NCBI GenBank assembly: GCA_039028615.1
Contig: JBCCHT010000012.1
Location: 32,001-96,000, forward strand
DNA: 64,000 nucleotides
Reading direction: 5' to 3'
Origin: Myxococcota bacterium
Lineage (GTDB): Bacteria; Myxococcota_A; Polyangia; Nannocystales; Nannocystaceae
Shown: in pieces, positions 9,547 to 18,837 of the stretch
How positions within the stretch are numbered: position 1 is the stretch's first letter
Layout of the letters: each line of letters starts with the position of its first letter
Made by a program: the position numbers and the translations under genes
The notes under the pieces: generated by a model
The model's input: only the letters and a program-made list of their open reading frames with translations
The model's database searches: none
Told to the model about the DNA's origin: nothing

Positions 9547-10521
9547 TCACCCCGGCGGAGGCGGCAGCACGACCTCGGTGCTCCATGGCGCGCCGAGATT
9601 GTTGCACCCAGGCAGCCCCATGTCCCCCAGATCGGTCAGCGAGCCATCCGCCTCGAGCCGATACAGCTGGCGGCTGCTGGTGCACGCATAGATCTGCTCC
9701 GTCAGGGGATGAAACTCGACGCCGACGTACTCGAAGTCCAGCGGCAACGCGTTGGCCAGCACGCCCATCCCCGTGAGCTGGTCGATCTCGTAAAGCGCGT
9801 CCGTCGAGGCATTGATCCCATAAAGCCGCTGCTCGACCTCGTTCCAGGTCCCGCCCAGCGTGGTCCAATCTTGTCCGAGCGGCCCCACCGCGGTGGCCTG
9901 CCCGGTCTGCGCGTCGATATGGATCAGCTGATCGGTCAACGCGTCGAGGCCATACAGGTCGTTGCCCTCGTCGGGCGAGATGCCCCAGACCTGCGAGTAG
10001 CCGAACTCACCGACATGCGTCGCGATGCACGAAGGCAGCTCGAACTCCCATAGCCCGGTGTTGCTCGAAAAGAGCAGCCGGTCATCACGCGAAAACGTCA
10101 CGCTGGGGCTCTGGCCGGAGTAGGGCTGGCCCGTCTCGGCATCGGTGAGCACACAGACATCGGTCGCTTCTGCCGTCTCGATGTCGATGTGGAACAGGTG
10201 CCGTTGCCCATCGACGTTACCGATGTGGACGAGCCACGAGGGAGTTTTCTCGGGAGGATCGAGCGGCCCACCATCGGGGGTCGGCACATCGAAGATCGGG
10301 GGCTCGTCACCATCGTCGTCGGAATCGGTGCCCGTGTCCGCGCCCGGAGACGACGTCGCCCCCGGGGAGTCGGTCGACGTGTGCTCGGACTCGGAGCCCG
10401 AGGACGCAGGCGACGATGAGGTCAACCCGGGCTGACCATCGCTCCCGGACGACGCCGGATCGGAATCGGTCGTGCCGCAGCCGAGCACGGCCGCGACCAA
10501 GGACAGAGAATGGAGGCGCAT
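9547..10521 (-). CDS. Lipoprotein with beta-propeller-like domain
   Basis: Lipobox VLGC, Ser/Asp linker, repeated L(Y/I)xID..TG blades. Confidence 0.75.
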   Translation of the reverse strand: MRLHSLSLVAAVLGCGTTDSDPASSGSDGQPGLTSSSPASSGSESEHTSTDSPGATSSPGADTGTDSDDDGDEPPIFDVPTPDGGPLDPPEKTPSWLVHIGNVDGQRHLFHIDIETAEATDVCVLTDAETGQPYSGQSPSVTFSRDDRLLFSSNTGLWEFELPSCIATHVGEFGYSQVWGISPDEGNDLYGLDALTDQLIHIDAQTGQATAVGPLGQDWTTLGGTWNEVEQRLYGINASTDALYEIDQLTGMGVLANALPLDFEYVGVEFHPLTEQIYACTSSRQLYRLEADGSLTDLGDMGLPGCNNLGAPWSTEVVLPPPPG

Positions 10522-10767
10522 GCGCAACACGCCGGGCCCTTCTCCAAACCGCGTACCAAGATTCCGACGCAGGAAATTCCGGTGACTTGAACGACAGCCC
10601 GTGCGCAGCCAGGGCCGCTTCGTTCCGCGCCGATCCGCGAAGGGAACGCGCAGGCCCGGGGAATGCTCGATGCCGCCGAAGTCAGGCGCGGTCGGTTTCG
10701 CGTGAGCCGAGCGCCGCCGCCCCGACCGAGCACCGCGGGCGGACTGCCAAAGGCCGCGAGGTGAGCC

Positions 10768-11616
10768 TCAGGGCAGGGCGTGGCCGAAGAAGTAGCGCTT
10801 GCCCGCCTCGAAGCCTTCCAGGGTCTTGTCCTGACGAAGGCGATTGAGCACATACGAAATCTTGGCGAACTGCGGAGCGCAGTCGTCGTCGAGACACCCT
10901 GCAATTGCGGCCCCGGTCATCCCCTCGATGAGCGACAAGCGGTCGAAGATGTACCCCCCCGAGGGGTCCTCCTCGGCACACAGCTCGGAGATGCTGCGAG
11001 CGACGGCATCGAGGTCGAGCGGCGCCCCGTGGTGCATCGCCGTGCCTTCGCCGTGCTCCTTCACCAGGGCATCCGCGAACGCGTCGACCTTCTCCACGTA
11101 GGCCTCGTCGTCGAGCGGGCTGTCGACGAGCTCGCGTGCGTCGATGTCGGGCTCGAGGATCGCGCTCACGGCATCCATGGCGCACTCGCTCTCGAAGCCG
11201 GCGACCCGAGCCCGATGGCGGGCGAGCGCTTGTCCGATCCGCGGGTCAGCGGTGAGCAGCGCGACGTCGCAGATCTCGAGGCGGATGTCGGGATCGGCGT
11301 GGTTTTCGAGGACTTCGGATAAACGCGGAAGGAGGGCTGACGGGGCCGCCTGCGCGAAGATCCGAACGGCGCAGTCCCGCAGGTGCACGCTGTCCCCTCC
11401 CATCGCGACCTCGATGAGCGCCTCCACATTGCGAAAGTCACCCGCCTGCGCCTGCGCGGTGACGCACAGCAATCGCTCCCAGAGGTTGTTGCTGGCCAGG
11501 TACCCGTCGTCGCGCAGCTGGGGCGGGGCGGCGGCTACGAACGAATAGCCGTGCGTACAACGCAGCCAGTCGGGGCCGACGAAGTCGGGACGAGAGTTGG
11601 CGTAAGAAGTGCTCAT
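10768..11616 (-). CDS. Putative immunity protein (Imm47-like)
   Basis: Starts immediately after the toxin stop. AGDF..L..R..AVRIF N-terminal motif and terminal GKRYFFGH recall the Imm47 family (from memory, not searched). Confidence 0.65.
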   Translation of the reverse strand: MSTSYANSRPDFVGPDWLRCTHGYSFVAAAPPQLRDDGYLASNNLWERLLCVTAQAQAGDFRNVEALIEVAMGGDSVHLRDCAVRIFAQAAPSALLPRLSEVLENHADPDIRLEICDVALLTADPRIGQALARHRARVAGFESECAMDAVSAILEPDIDARELVDSPLDDEAYVEKVDAFADALVKEHGEGTAMHHGAPLDLDAVARSISELCAEEDPSGGYIFDRLSLIEGMTGAAIAGCLDDDCAPQFAKISYVLNRLRQDKTLEGFEAGKRYFFGHALP

Positions 11617-11617
11617 A

Positions 11618-12481
11618 CTAGCTGTTGCGCGTGATGGCCCGGTTGGTGATGTCGTTGATCTGGTCGTCGACGGATTGAACCCGCGCGGCCTCGGGATCGG
11701 GCTCTTGCGGCTTCTGGACGAGCGGCTGGTGTACCGGACACCCGCCGGTCTTGATGCTGTGCGGATGGTGCAGTTCGTCACCATCGCCCGTCATCCCGGC
11801 CTTCTTGCGAGTCTTGCGGTAGTCACCACGTGCCTTGGAGTTGTCACGCGGGGACCTCACTTTGAAGATGCCGTCCTTGGGCGGAAGCATCTCGGTGAGG
11901 TCGGGGTGATCGGCGGCGATCTGATCGAACTCTTTGCGCTCGTCCTCGGAGAAGAACTCGTCGTAGGGCTTGCCGTCGGACTTGTTGGTGCCGTTGGCCT
12001 TCTTGCAGGTGGGGCACTTTTCCGGGGAGCCCTTGGCGGGCAGCGACACCATCTGGATGACACCGGCCAAGGTGGCGGAGTTGGGCGGGCTGCCGCTGCC
12101 GCCACAGTTGTTGAGCATGGGGTCGGAGAGCAAGTGGACGTTCTTGCCCTCGATCTTCACGTCGAGCGAACCGGGCCCCACGAACTTGGTAATGCCGTGC
12201 GTGTTGGCCGAGACCAGCCCGCCGCCGGTCCCCTTGGAGGCCACGTCCCCCATGCTCTTGAAGGTCGCGCCCTTGATGGCGACCGTCTTGCCCTCGATCT
12301 TGACCTTCTTGGAGTAGCCCTTGGGCGAGTCTCCGCTCTTGCCGATGTTGGGCAAGGGCGCGGGCACGAAGGGTGCGGGCGGGCCCGGCATCTTGCAGAT
12401 GTTGGGTACCGTGGCCGCGGCGATGCCGTTGCTGCCCTTGGTGACCGGGGTCTTGGGAGGATTGATGCCGACCTTGGCCAT
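11618..12481 (-). CDS. DUF4150 (PAAR-like) domain protein with C-terminal toxin domain (putative His-Me/HNH-like nuclease)
   Basis: N-terminal PNICKMPGPPAPFVPAPLPN...GSLDVKIEGKNV...MLNN is typical of DUF4150; C-terminus has CPTC and ELHHPHSIKTGG. Confidence 0.85.
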   Translation of the reverse strand: MAKVGINPPKTPVTKGSNGIAAATVPNICKMPGPPAPFVPAPLPNIGKSGDSPKGYSKKVKIEGKTVAIKGATFKSMGDVASKGTGGGLVSANTHGITKFVGPGSLDVKIEGKNVHLLSDPMLNNCGGSGSPPNSATLAGVIQMVSLPAKGSPEKCPTCKKANGTNKSDGKPYDEFFSEDERKEFDQIAADHPDLTEMLPPKDGIFKVRSPRDNSKARGDYRKTRKKAGMTGDGDELHHPHSIKTGGCPVHQPLVQKPQEPDPEAARVQSVDDQINDITNRAITRNS

Positions 12482-12493
12482 GACGCTCGCTCC

Positions 12494-13546
12494 TTAGGAA
12501 GGTCGCTCCAGCACGACCGCCGCCCGAAGGCCGGCATCGGACCCCGCGAAGAGCAGAGTCGTCGAGCCGCGATGATAACCACGCTGCCAGCCCGCGACCG
12601 CGAGGGCAACCAGGAGTGGGCCCGATGCGGCCCCGATATCGCCCCATTGACCGGCCGGGGCCTCGAAATCGCCGGCCTGCGTGAGCGCCCGATGGCTCCG
12701 CAGCGCGACCATGCCCCACTCTTCGGAGCGCATGCGCTCGCCGTTGAGGTCGCACAGCACGCGATCGGTGGACTGCCCGTTGCCGAGCAGCGAGGCGGCC
12801 GCCTTCTCGATGGCCGCGCTCAGGCCTCGCCCCAGGTTGACCGGATCGGTCGCCGGATCTTCGGACGCCGACGGCTCCCGTGCCACGCCCGTGCCCTGGA
12901 TGGTGGCCAACGACGGCAGCCGCAGGGTCCGCAGCGCGGTATCGCTGACCACCGCCACGCACCCCGCCGCCTCGCCGGGGAAGAACGACGAGCGAGTCTC
13001 CCGGGTTTTGATGCGTCGGCCCTCACCGAGCCAGCGCAGGGTGTCCGCGTCGAGGTAGCTGTCGACCCCGAGGACCAGCGCCACCTCGAAGTGTCGCTCG
13101 CCGATGAGCTCGACCGCTCGGTGCAAACCGAGCAAGCCCGCCGCGTGCCCGTGGCCCACCGTGTGGATCCCGAACGGATGCTGCGCGGGCGCGATGGACC
13201 CGAGGTACTGATGGAGCCGCTGTTCCTCCGCCGCACCGAACCCGGGACGATGCTCGGGGAGGGCGAGCATCAAGGCGAGCGGCGCATCGGGCCGATGGGG
13301 CGGGACCGAGCGCAGGGTGTGCTGCAGCGGCGCAGACAGCAGCGCGGCCATGCGTTCCCAGCCCATCAGGGTGTCGTCCAGCCGCCCGTCGACCGCGGCG
13401 CGCAATGGCTCTCCGGTGGAGTCGACCAGCGTCTCGTGGGCCTCGATGCGGACGATGCCCGCACGCACGGCGGCGGCACTGGTCGTCGCGTCGAGCCCCA
13501 GCGGGGTCCGAGCCCCCACGTCCACGATGTGACAGATCCGTTTCAC
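12494..13546 (-). CDS. Beta-ketoacyl synthase-like (thiolase-fold) T6SS accessory protein
   Basis: GVDSY, PGEAAG, DLNGE and GDIGAASG motifs; GTG start overlaps the DUF2169 stop (GTGA). Confidence 0.85.
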   Translation of the reverse strand: MKRICHIVDVGARTPLGLDATTSAAAVRAGIVRIEAHETLVDSTGEPLRAAVDGRLDDTLMGWERMAALLSAPLQHTLRSVPPHRPDAPLALMLALPEHRPGFGAAEEQRLHQYLGSIAPAQHPFGIHTVGHGHAAGLLGLHRAVELIGERHFEVALVLGVDSYLDADTLRWLGEGRRIKTRETRSSFFPGEAAGCVAVVSDTALRTLRLPSLATIQGTGVAREPSASEDPATDPVNLGRGLSAAIEKAAASLLGNGQSTDRVLCDLNGERMRSEEWGMVALRSHRALTQAGDFEAPAGQWGDIGAASGPLLVALAVAGWQRGYHRGSTTLLFAGSDAGLRAAVVLERPS

Positions 13547-14547
13547 TCTGGATTGCGGGCTTCGACGTTGACGACGTCGAGGTAGTCGAGGTCGGCGGCG
13601 GCGACCGGCAGGCTCGATTGCCACACGACCAACACCCGGCGGTCGTCGGGCTCGATGATGACGGTGGTCACCCGCGCGGGGGCCGGGCGTGCCTTGGAGC
13701 CGAAGAAGGAAGTGGTGGAGATCGTGGTGGGCGGCAGCTCGAAGGACAGATGTCGATCGGGGGTGAGGTGCACCAGCTCGAAGCGCGTGCCCCCGCCGAG
13801 GTATCGACCCGGCTGCTGGTCGCGAGGCGAGCACAGCGTGGCGCGGGGATCGTAGTCCTCGGGGAGCAGCGGCTTGCGGGTCTCCACCCAGCGCGCATCG
13901 TAGGTTCCCCCCAGCTCGAGCCGCGGCGACCAGAAGCTGCACAGGGCGCCAAAGCCTGCGGGCCCCACCTTGGAGGCATTCTGGCCGGGGTACAGGATGT
14001 TGGGTGCGGGCGTGTCGACCAGGTGTGCCGACCGGGTCGCGAACCCGACCCCGACTGGGTTGCGGGGATCGAGCCGATGCTTGCTCTGGTCGGGATCGGT
14101 GGTGTCGTGCCCCCCGAACGCCCGCTCGTACACGATGGGCATGCGCTCGAAGGGCCGCGGCGTGGTGGTGGTGAGACCAGCGACCCCCGCGTAGTAGACG
14201 TTCTCGCCGCGGACGTTCAGGACCTTTTGCTGGTCGTCTATCCGCAGGGACACCGCGACCTCCTCGACCGGGCGGTTGGGCGCATAGGCATGGCCGTTGA
14301 CGACCACGTCGGTAGATGGCTTGAGCGGCCCAAGCTCGAGGTCCCAGCGCAGACTCGAGGCGCCGTCTTCCCCCTGGTAGTCCGGCTCGAGCGCAGGCGG
14401 GAGCTGGGTCTCGGCCACGCGCAACCGCCCCTGAGCATCGACCTCGTAGGTCGCCCGAACGGCGACGATGAACTGATGGCGCCCGTCGACGTCACGGACC
14501 CAAGTACGATCGACCTCGAAGGGCGACTCGTTGACTACGGCCCACAT
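13543..14547 (-). CDS. DUF2169 T6SS effector chaperone/adaptor
   Basis: KPSTDVVVNGHAYAP, YERAFGG, NPVGVGF, PAGFG, GTYDARW motifs. Confidence 0.92.
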   Translation of the reverse strand: MWAVVNESPFEVDRTWVRDVDGRHQFIVAVRATYEVDAQGRLRVAETQLPPALEPDYQGEDGASSLRWDLELGPLKPSTDVVVNGHAYAPNRPVEEVAVSLRIDDQQKVLNVRGENVYYAGVAGLTTTTPRPFERMPIVYERAFGGHDTTDPDQSKHRLDPRNPVGVGFATRSAHLVDTPAPNILYPGQNASKVGPAGFGALCSFWSPRLELGGTYDARWVETRKPLLPEDYDPRATLCSPRDQQPGRYLGGGTRFELVHLTPDRHLSFELPPTTISTTSFFGSKARPAPARVTTVIIEPDDRRVLVVWQSSLPVAAADLDYLDVVNVEARNPE

Positions 14548-14601
14548 CTCAGGCGCCGGAGTATAGGGCCGGGTCGCAGAGCCGGCAATCGACGAAACCG
14601 C

Positions 14602-15831
14602 TCAGTCCGCCGCCGGCTGCTCGTCGGTCGGCGACTCGCGGACGCGCATGACCACGACCCACAGCGTCGCGCCCACGATGAGCGCGGCGGTGACCAGCGG
14701 AGTCCCGGGGCTCACCAGCTCGAACGTGATGCCTCCCCAAATGGGACCGACGATGCGTCCCAGCGAAGCGGCCGAGGTCGACAGGCCCAGCGTGAAACCC
14801 TGGTTCTTCTCGTCGGACTGCCGACTCACCAACGCGTTGATGCTCGGCGCCATGAGCCCATTGCCCGCCGCGATGCCGGCACTGCCCACGAAGATGAGCC
14901 ACACGCTCGGAGCGAGACCCACGGCGGCCAAGCCGAGGGCCAAGACCACGACACCCACCATCAGCGTCCGTCGCTCGCCGAGGCCCGCCACCATGCGCCC
15001 GACCAGCACGCCCTGGGTCAGCACGATCACCACGCCGACGAACGCGAAGATTCCCCCCGTCTGCTGGGCCCCCCACGAAAGCCGGGCCTCGAGCAGCAGC
15101 GCGTAGGTCGACTCCATGGCGGAGAACGCCATGAAGAAGGTGAAGTTCAGCAGCACCATGTAGCCCAGCTGCGTGCCGAGCAGGACCTTGCGGACCGACG
15201 CGAAGGTCAGCCGGATGCGGGCACCGGCCGCGGCGGGGCCCCGGGTGCGATGGCTCTCCGGCAGCCAGATGAGCGCCATGATCCAGTTGGCCACCGACAG
15301 CCCGGCCGCGACGAAGAAGGGCAGCTCCGGGCTCTCGGGCGTCGCCAACAGGCCGCCGATGGCGGGGCCGAACACGAAGCCGAGGCCGATCGCCGAGCCC
15401 ATCAGGCCCATGTACTTGGCGCGCTTGGCCGGGGCGACCCGGTCCGCGACGTAGGCGTGCGCCGTCGAGATGTTGGCCCCGGAGATGCCGGAGAGCACCC
15501 GGGCCGCGAACACCATCCACAAGGTCGTCGCGAAGCCCAGCACGAGCATCGACAGGCACGTGCCGCCGATCGACACCAGCATCACCGGGCGACGACCCAC
15601 CCGATCGCTGAGCCGACCCAGTAACGGCGACGCCAAGAAGTGCGCGGCCGAAAACGCGGTGGACAGCAACGCGACGACCTGGGGCGAGGCCCCGAAGCTC
15701 GACGCATAGAACGGCAGAACGGGGATTATGATCCCGAAGCCCACCAGGTCGATGAACAGGGTCAGCCACAGCGTGGCAAATGCCGCGATGGGCACCTCCT
15801 GTTCATCGGGCGTGGGGCCGGGTTGGGACAT
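14602..15831 (-). CDS. MFS transporter, TetA/DHA1-like
   Basis: DLVGFGIIIPVLP, motif A GRLSDRVGRRPV, antiporter motif GFVFGPAIGG; about 12 TM segments. Confidence 0.92.
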   Translation of the reverse strand: MSQPGPTPDEQEVPIAAFATLWLTLFIDLVGFGIIIPVLPFYASSFGASPQVVALLSTAFSAAHFLASPLLGRLSDRVGRRPVMLVSIGGTCLSMLVLGFATTLWMVFAARVLSGISGANISTAHAYVADRVAPAKRAKYMGLMGSAIGLGFVFGPAIGGLLATPESPELPFFVAAGLSVANWIMALIWLPESHRTRGPAAAGARIRLTFASVRKVLLGTQLGYMVLLNFTFFMAFSAMESTYALLLEARLSWGAQQTGGIFAFVGVVIVLTQGVLVGRMVAGLGERRTLMVGVVVLALGLAAVGLAPSVWLIFVGSAGIAAGNGLMAPSINALVSRQSDEKNQGFTLGLSTSAASLGRIVGPIWGGITFELVSPGTPLVTAALIVGATLWVVVMRVRESPTDEQPAAD

Positions 15832-16003
15832 GACGAGGCGGAAATGGACCTTGGCATGTCGCGGTAACGCGAGCCAGTGCCGGCCCACGAAGCATCGGAG
15901 ACGCTCTTTTCATCGCCCGTGACATGAGCAAAATCTCACGCGACAATGCGGGGCACGGCGCGCCGCTTCCCCACCGCGGCCACGTCGTCCCCCGCCACCA
16001 CCC

Positions 16004-17503
16004 GTGAGCACCACCGTCCTCTTCGTCGGAGTCGTCGTCTTTGCCTTCGTGGCGGGCCGAATACTCGACCGCTTCACCCACAAGGCATTCGCGCTTTCGG
16101 GGGCGGAGTACCTGTTGCTCGGGGCGATTCTCGGACCCTTTGCGCTCGGGGTGCTCGACGCCGAGGTCCTGCATGCGCTCGACCTTTTCGTGTCGACCGT
16201 GCTCGGCGTCATCGGGTTTCTCGTGGGGCTCTCGATTCGCCAGGTCCGTGCGAGCACCGAGGCGTTCCTGGCCGGCGGCGGGGCCACGGTCGGCATCATC
16301 GTCAGCGTCGCGGCCGTCGCCACGCTGATCATCCAGCTGCTCGACCCCAGCCTGCTCTACGTCGAGCCGCTGCTGTTCGAGCCGCTGACGGCCAGCTCCG
16401 ACTCGCTCGTCTCGCTGTGGATCTCCCCGGAGGCGCTGTGGATCGGGCTGACGGTGGGCGCCGCCGCAGGTACGTGCAGCGCCGCGCTGGTCGACGCCGC
16501 CCTGCTCCGCTTCGGAGTCGGGGCGGAGCGAGCCGCCCTGCTCCGCGCCATGGCGTCCTCGGCCCAGCTGCTCGCCGTGTTCGCGTTCGGCCTCGCCATG
16601 GCCGGGAGCCGAGCCACCACCGCAGCCAGTGCTCTCGGGCTGACCGTCGTCGAGTGGTCGACCATCACCATCTTGTCCGGCAGCTTCACGGGCTTGCTCT
16701 TCAGCATCTTCCTCGGGCGCGAGGGCGACCCCATGCGGCTGCTGGTCGCGGCCGTCGGCGTCATCGTGTTCGCGGCGGGCATCGGGGCGGCGTTGGGCGT
16801 CTCGCCGCTGTTCGCCAACCTCTTCGCCGGGCTCACCCTGGCGCTGACCTCGTCGCATGCGGCCCGGCTCGACGAAGCGCTACGGCCCCTGCGATTTCCC
16901 ACCACGGTGTTGGTGCTCTTGCTCGCGGGTGCCACCTGGGCGCCCGCCACTGGCTGGTACTGGGCGCTCGTGCCCGGCTACGTGCTGCTGCGTGTGCTCG
17001 CCCGTCGCGTGTTCAGCCGGGTCGCCGTCAGTACCTTCGTCGACGAGCCCGCCCACGCGCGGGGCATCGGCCGGGCGCTGCTGGGGCAGGGAGTGCTGGC
17101 CAGTGCCATCTCGCTGGCCTTCGCGCAGCGCTTCCCCGAGCTGGCGGGTCCGGTGACGTCGACCGTGCTCGGCGGCGTGTTGATCACCGACCTGTTCGCG
17201 ATGCGATCGTTGCGGCGGTACCTGGCCGACGCGGGCGAGATCAAGGCGCTCGCGCCTCCCGACCTCGCGCCGGAACCCGAGCCTGCGTCGCACGATGACC
17301 ACCAGGGGCACGGCGACTCCGAGCCGGCTGAGCAACCAGAGCCCGTCGCAGACGCAGACAAAGAGACCGAGCCCGCAGAGCCGGCCGAGTCCACATCGGG
17401 ATCCAGCGAAGAGCCCGAGCCGACCCCTGCGCCCGCGTCCGAAGCCAACGAAGAGCCCGAGCCGACACCCGAGCCCGCTTCCGACGAAGGAGCCTCCTCA
17501 TGA
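16004..17503 (+). CDS. Cation:proton antiporter (CPA)-like membrane protein with acidic Pro/Glu tail
   Basis: YLLLGAILGP..LG N-terminal CPA signature, many TM segments, GQG motif, EEPEPTP repeats at the C-terminus. Confidence 0.7.
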   Translation: MSTTVLFVGVVVFAFVAGRILDRFTHKAFALSGAEYLLLGAILGPFALGVLDAEVLHALDLFVSTVLGVIGFLVGLSIRQVRASTEAFLAGGGATVGIIVSVAAVATLIIQLLDPSLLYVEPLLFEPLTASSDSLVSLWISPEALWIGLTVGAAAGTCSAALVDAALLRFGVGAERAALLRAMASSAQLLAVFAFGLAMAGSRATTAASALGLTVVEWSTITILSGSFTGLLFSIFLGREGDPMRLLVAAVGVIVFAAGIGAALGVSPLFANLFAGLTLALTSSHAARLDEALRPLRFPTTVLVLLLAGATWAPATGWYWALVPGYVLLRVLARRVFSRVAVSTFVDEPAHARGIGRALLGQGVLASAISLAFAQRFPELAGPVTSTVLGGVLITDLFAMRSLRRYLADAGEIKALAPPDLAPEPEPASHDDHQGHGDSEPAEQPEPVADADKETEPAEPAESTSGSSEEPEPTPAPASEANEEPEPTPEPASDEGASS

Positions 17504-18837
17504 GAGCACTGATCTTGGGCGGTGGAGAAGCCGGCCGCTTCATCGCGGCATCCCTCCCCGACGATTCCGAAATCGTCCTCGTCGACGACGACCCCGAGGC
17601 GCTCGCGGCCGCCGAAGAAGGCCTCGACGTGTTGACCCTCCGCGGCGACGTCACCCACCGCGGCGTGCTCGAGCGCGCAGAAGCCCACCAGGCCGACGTC
17701 GCGGTCGCGGTCACCGGTCACGACGCGATCAACATCGCCGCCGCCGTCATGGCCAAGGAAGCCGGCGTCGGCAAGACGGTCGCCCGCGTCGACGATCCCG
17801 GCTTCTACAAGACCGAGCAGGGCCTCGAGCGATCGATCGCGGGCATCGACGCCTGCATCTGCGCCTCCCGCCTGGTCGGTCGCGAGCTGCTGCGCATGGT
17901 CACCTCGATCAGCGCCTCGTTCACCTTCAGCCTGGGCGGCGGTGCAGCGCACGTGGCCACCGTCAAGATCGACGAGACCTCGCCCCTGCGCGGTGAGGCC
18001 CCCGCCCGCCTCCGCTCGCGCAACGAGGCGGTCATCCGCAGCGTACTGCGAGGCGGCAACCTCCGCGCCCCGACCGAGGTCGAGATGCTCGAGGAAGGCG
18101 ACCGCATCCTGCTCGTGGGCACCCCGCTGGCGATCGCGGAGTTCGGTCAGCGCACCCACGCCCGCAGCCGCGCCGTGCTCATCGGAGGCGGCGACGTCGG
18201 GGTCCAGCTCGCCAACCTGTTCTCCACCCTGGTCGGCGACGTGCGGCTCATCGAGTCGTCGCGGGCCCGCTGCGAGGAGCTCGCCCGGCTCGTCCCCAAG
18301 GCCACCGTGCTCCATGGAGACGGCACCAGCCTGGGCTTCCTCCGCGAAGAACGGGTCGGCCTCGCCGAGTGGGTGCTTTCGGTGACCGGCTCGGACGAGG
18401 TCAACCTCATGGCGTCGCTGCTCACTCGCGAGCTGGGCGTCGAGCACACCTTCTCGCTGATGCACCGCCCGGGCTACGCCTCCGTCTATCAGCACTTGGG
18501 CATCGAGGGCACGACCAGCGCGCACGAGGTCATGGCCCGCACGCTGCGAGGACTCTTGCCCGGTCGCGAGCTGGTCGGCGCCGCTCGACTGACCGGGACC
18601 GACTTCGACCTGCTCGAGCTGCGCGTGCCGCCGCTGCCCCGCCCCATCGCCCCACGGTCCTTGCCGCTGGGCGCCAGCGGCCGGGTCATCGGGGTGGTCG
18701 GCAACCAAGAAGAGGTTCGCCTGTACGAGCCCGGCACCCGCGTCAGCGGAGGTGAACACGTGGTGGTGGCCGCTCCCGCCGCGCGCCGCCGGGAAATCGT
18801 CCGCGCCATTCGACGACTGGGGACCCACGACGAATGA
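17500..18837 (+). CDS. trkA: Trk potassium uptake NAD-binding RCK subunit
   Basis: Two RCK-N domains (ILGGGEAG; LIGGGDVG), VTGHDAIN and VTGSDEVN; adjacent to trkH. Confidence 0.85.
   Translation: MRALILGGGEAGRFIAASLPDDSEIVLVDDDPEALAAAEEGLDVLTLRGDVTHRGVLERAEAHQADVAVAVTGHDAINIAAAVMAKEAGVGKTVARVDDPGFYKTEQGLERSIAGIDACICASRLVGRELLRMVTSISASFTFSLGGGAAHVATVKIDETSPLRGEAPARLRSRNEAVIRSVLRGGNLRAPTEVEMLEEGDRILLVGTPLAIAEFGQRTHARSRAVLIGGGDVGVQLANLFSTLVGDVRLIESSRARCEELARLVPKATVLHGDGTSLGFLREERVGLAEWVLSVTGSDEVNLMASLLTRELGVEHTFSLMHRPGYASVYQHLGIEGTTSAHEVMARTLRGLLPGRELVGAARLTGTDFDLLELRVPPLPRPIAPRSLPLGASGRVIGVVGNQEEVRLYEPGTRVSGGEHVVVAAPAARRREIVRAIRRLGTHDE

Noticed and set aside
12494..13546. Ketosynthase suggesting a PKS/fatty-acid cluster
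   Set aside because: No ACP or AT genes; the context between DUF2169 and DUF4150 identifies the T6SS accessory family
17407..17490. 42-bp imperfect duplication
   Set aside because: Encodes a low-complexity EEPEPTP tail; no sign of att sites or a target-site duplication
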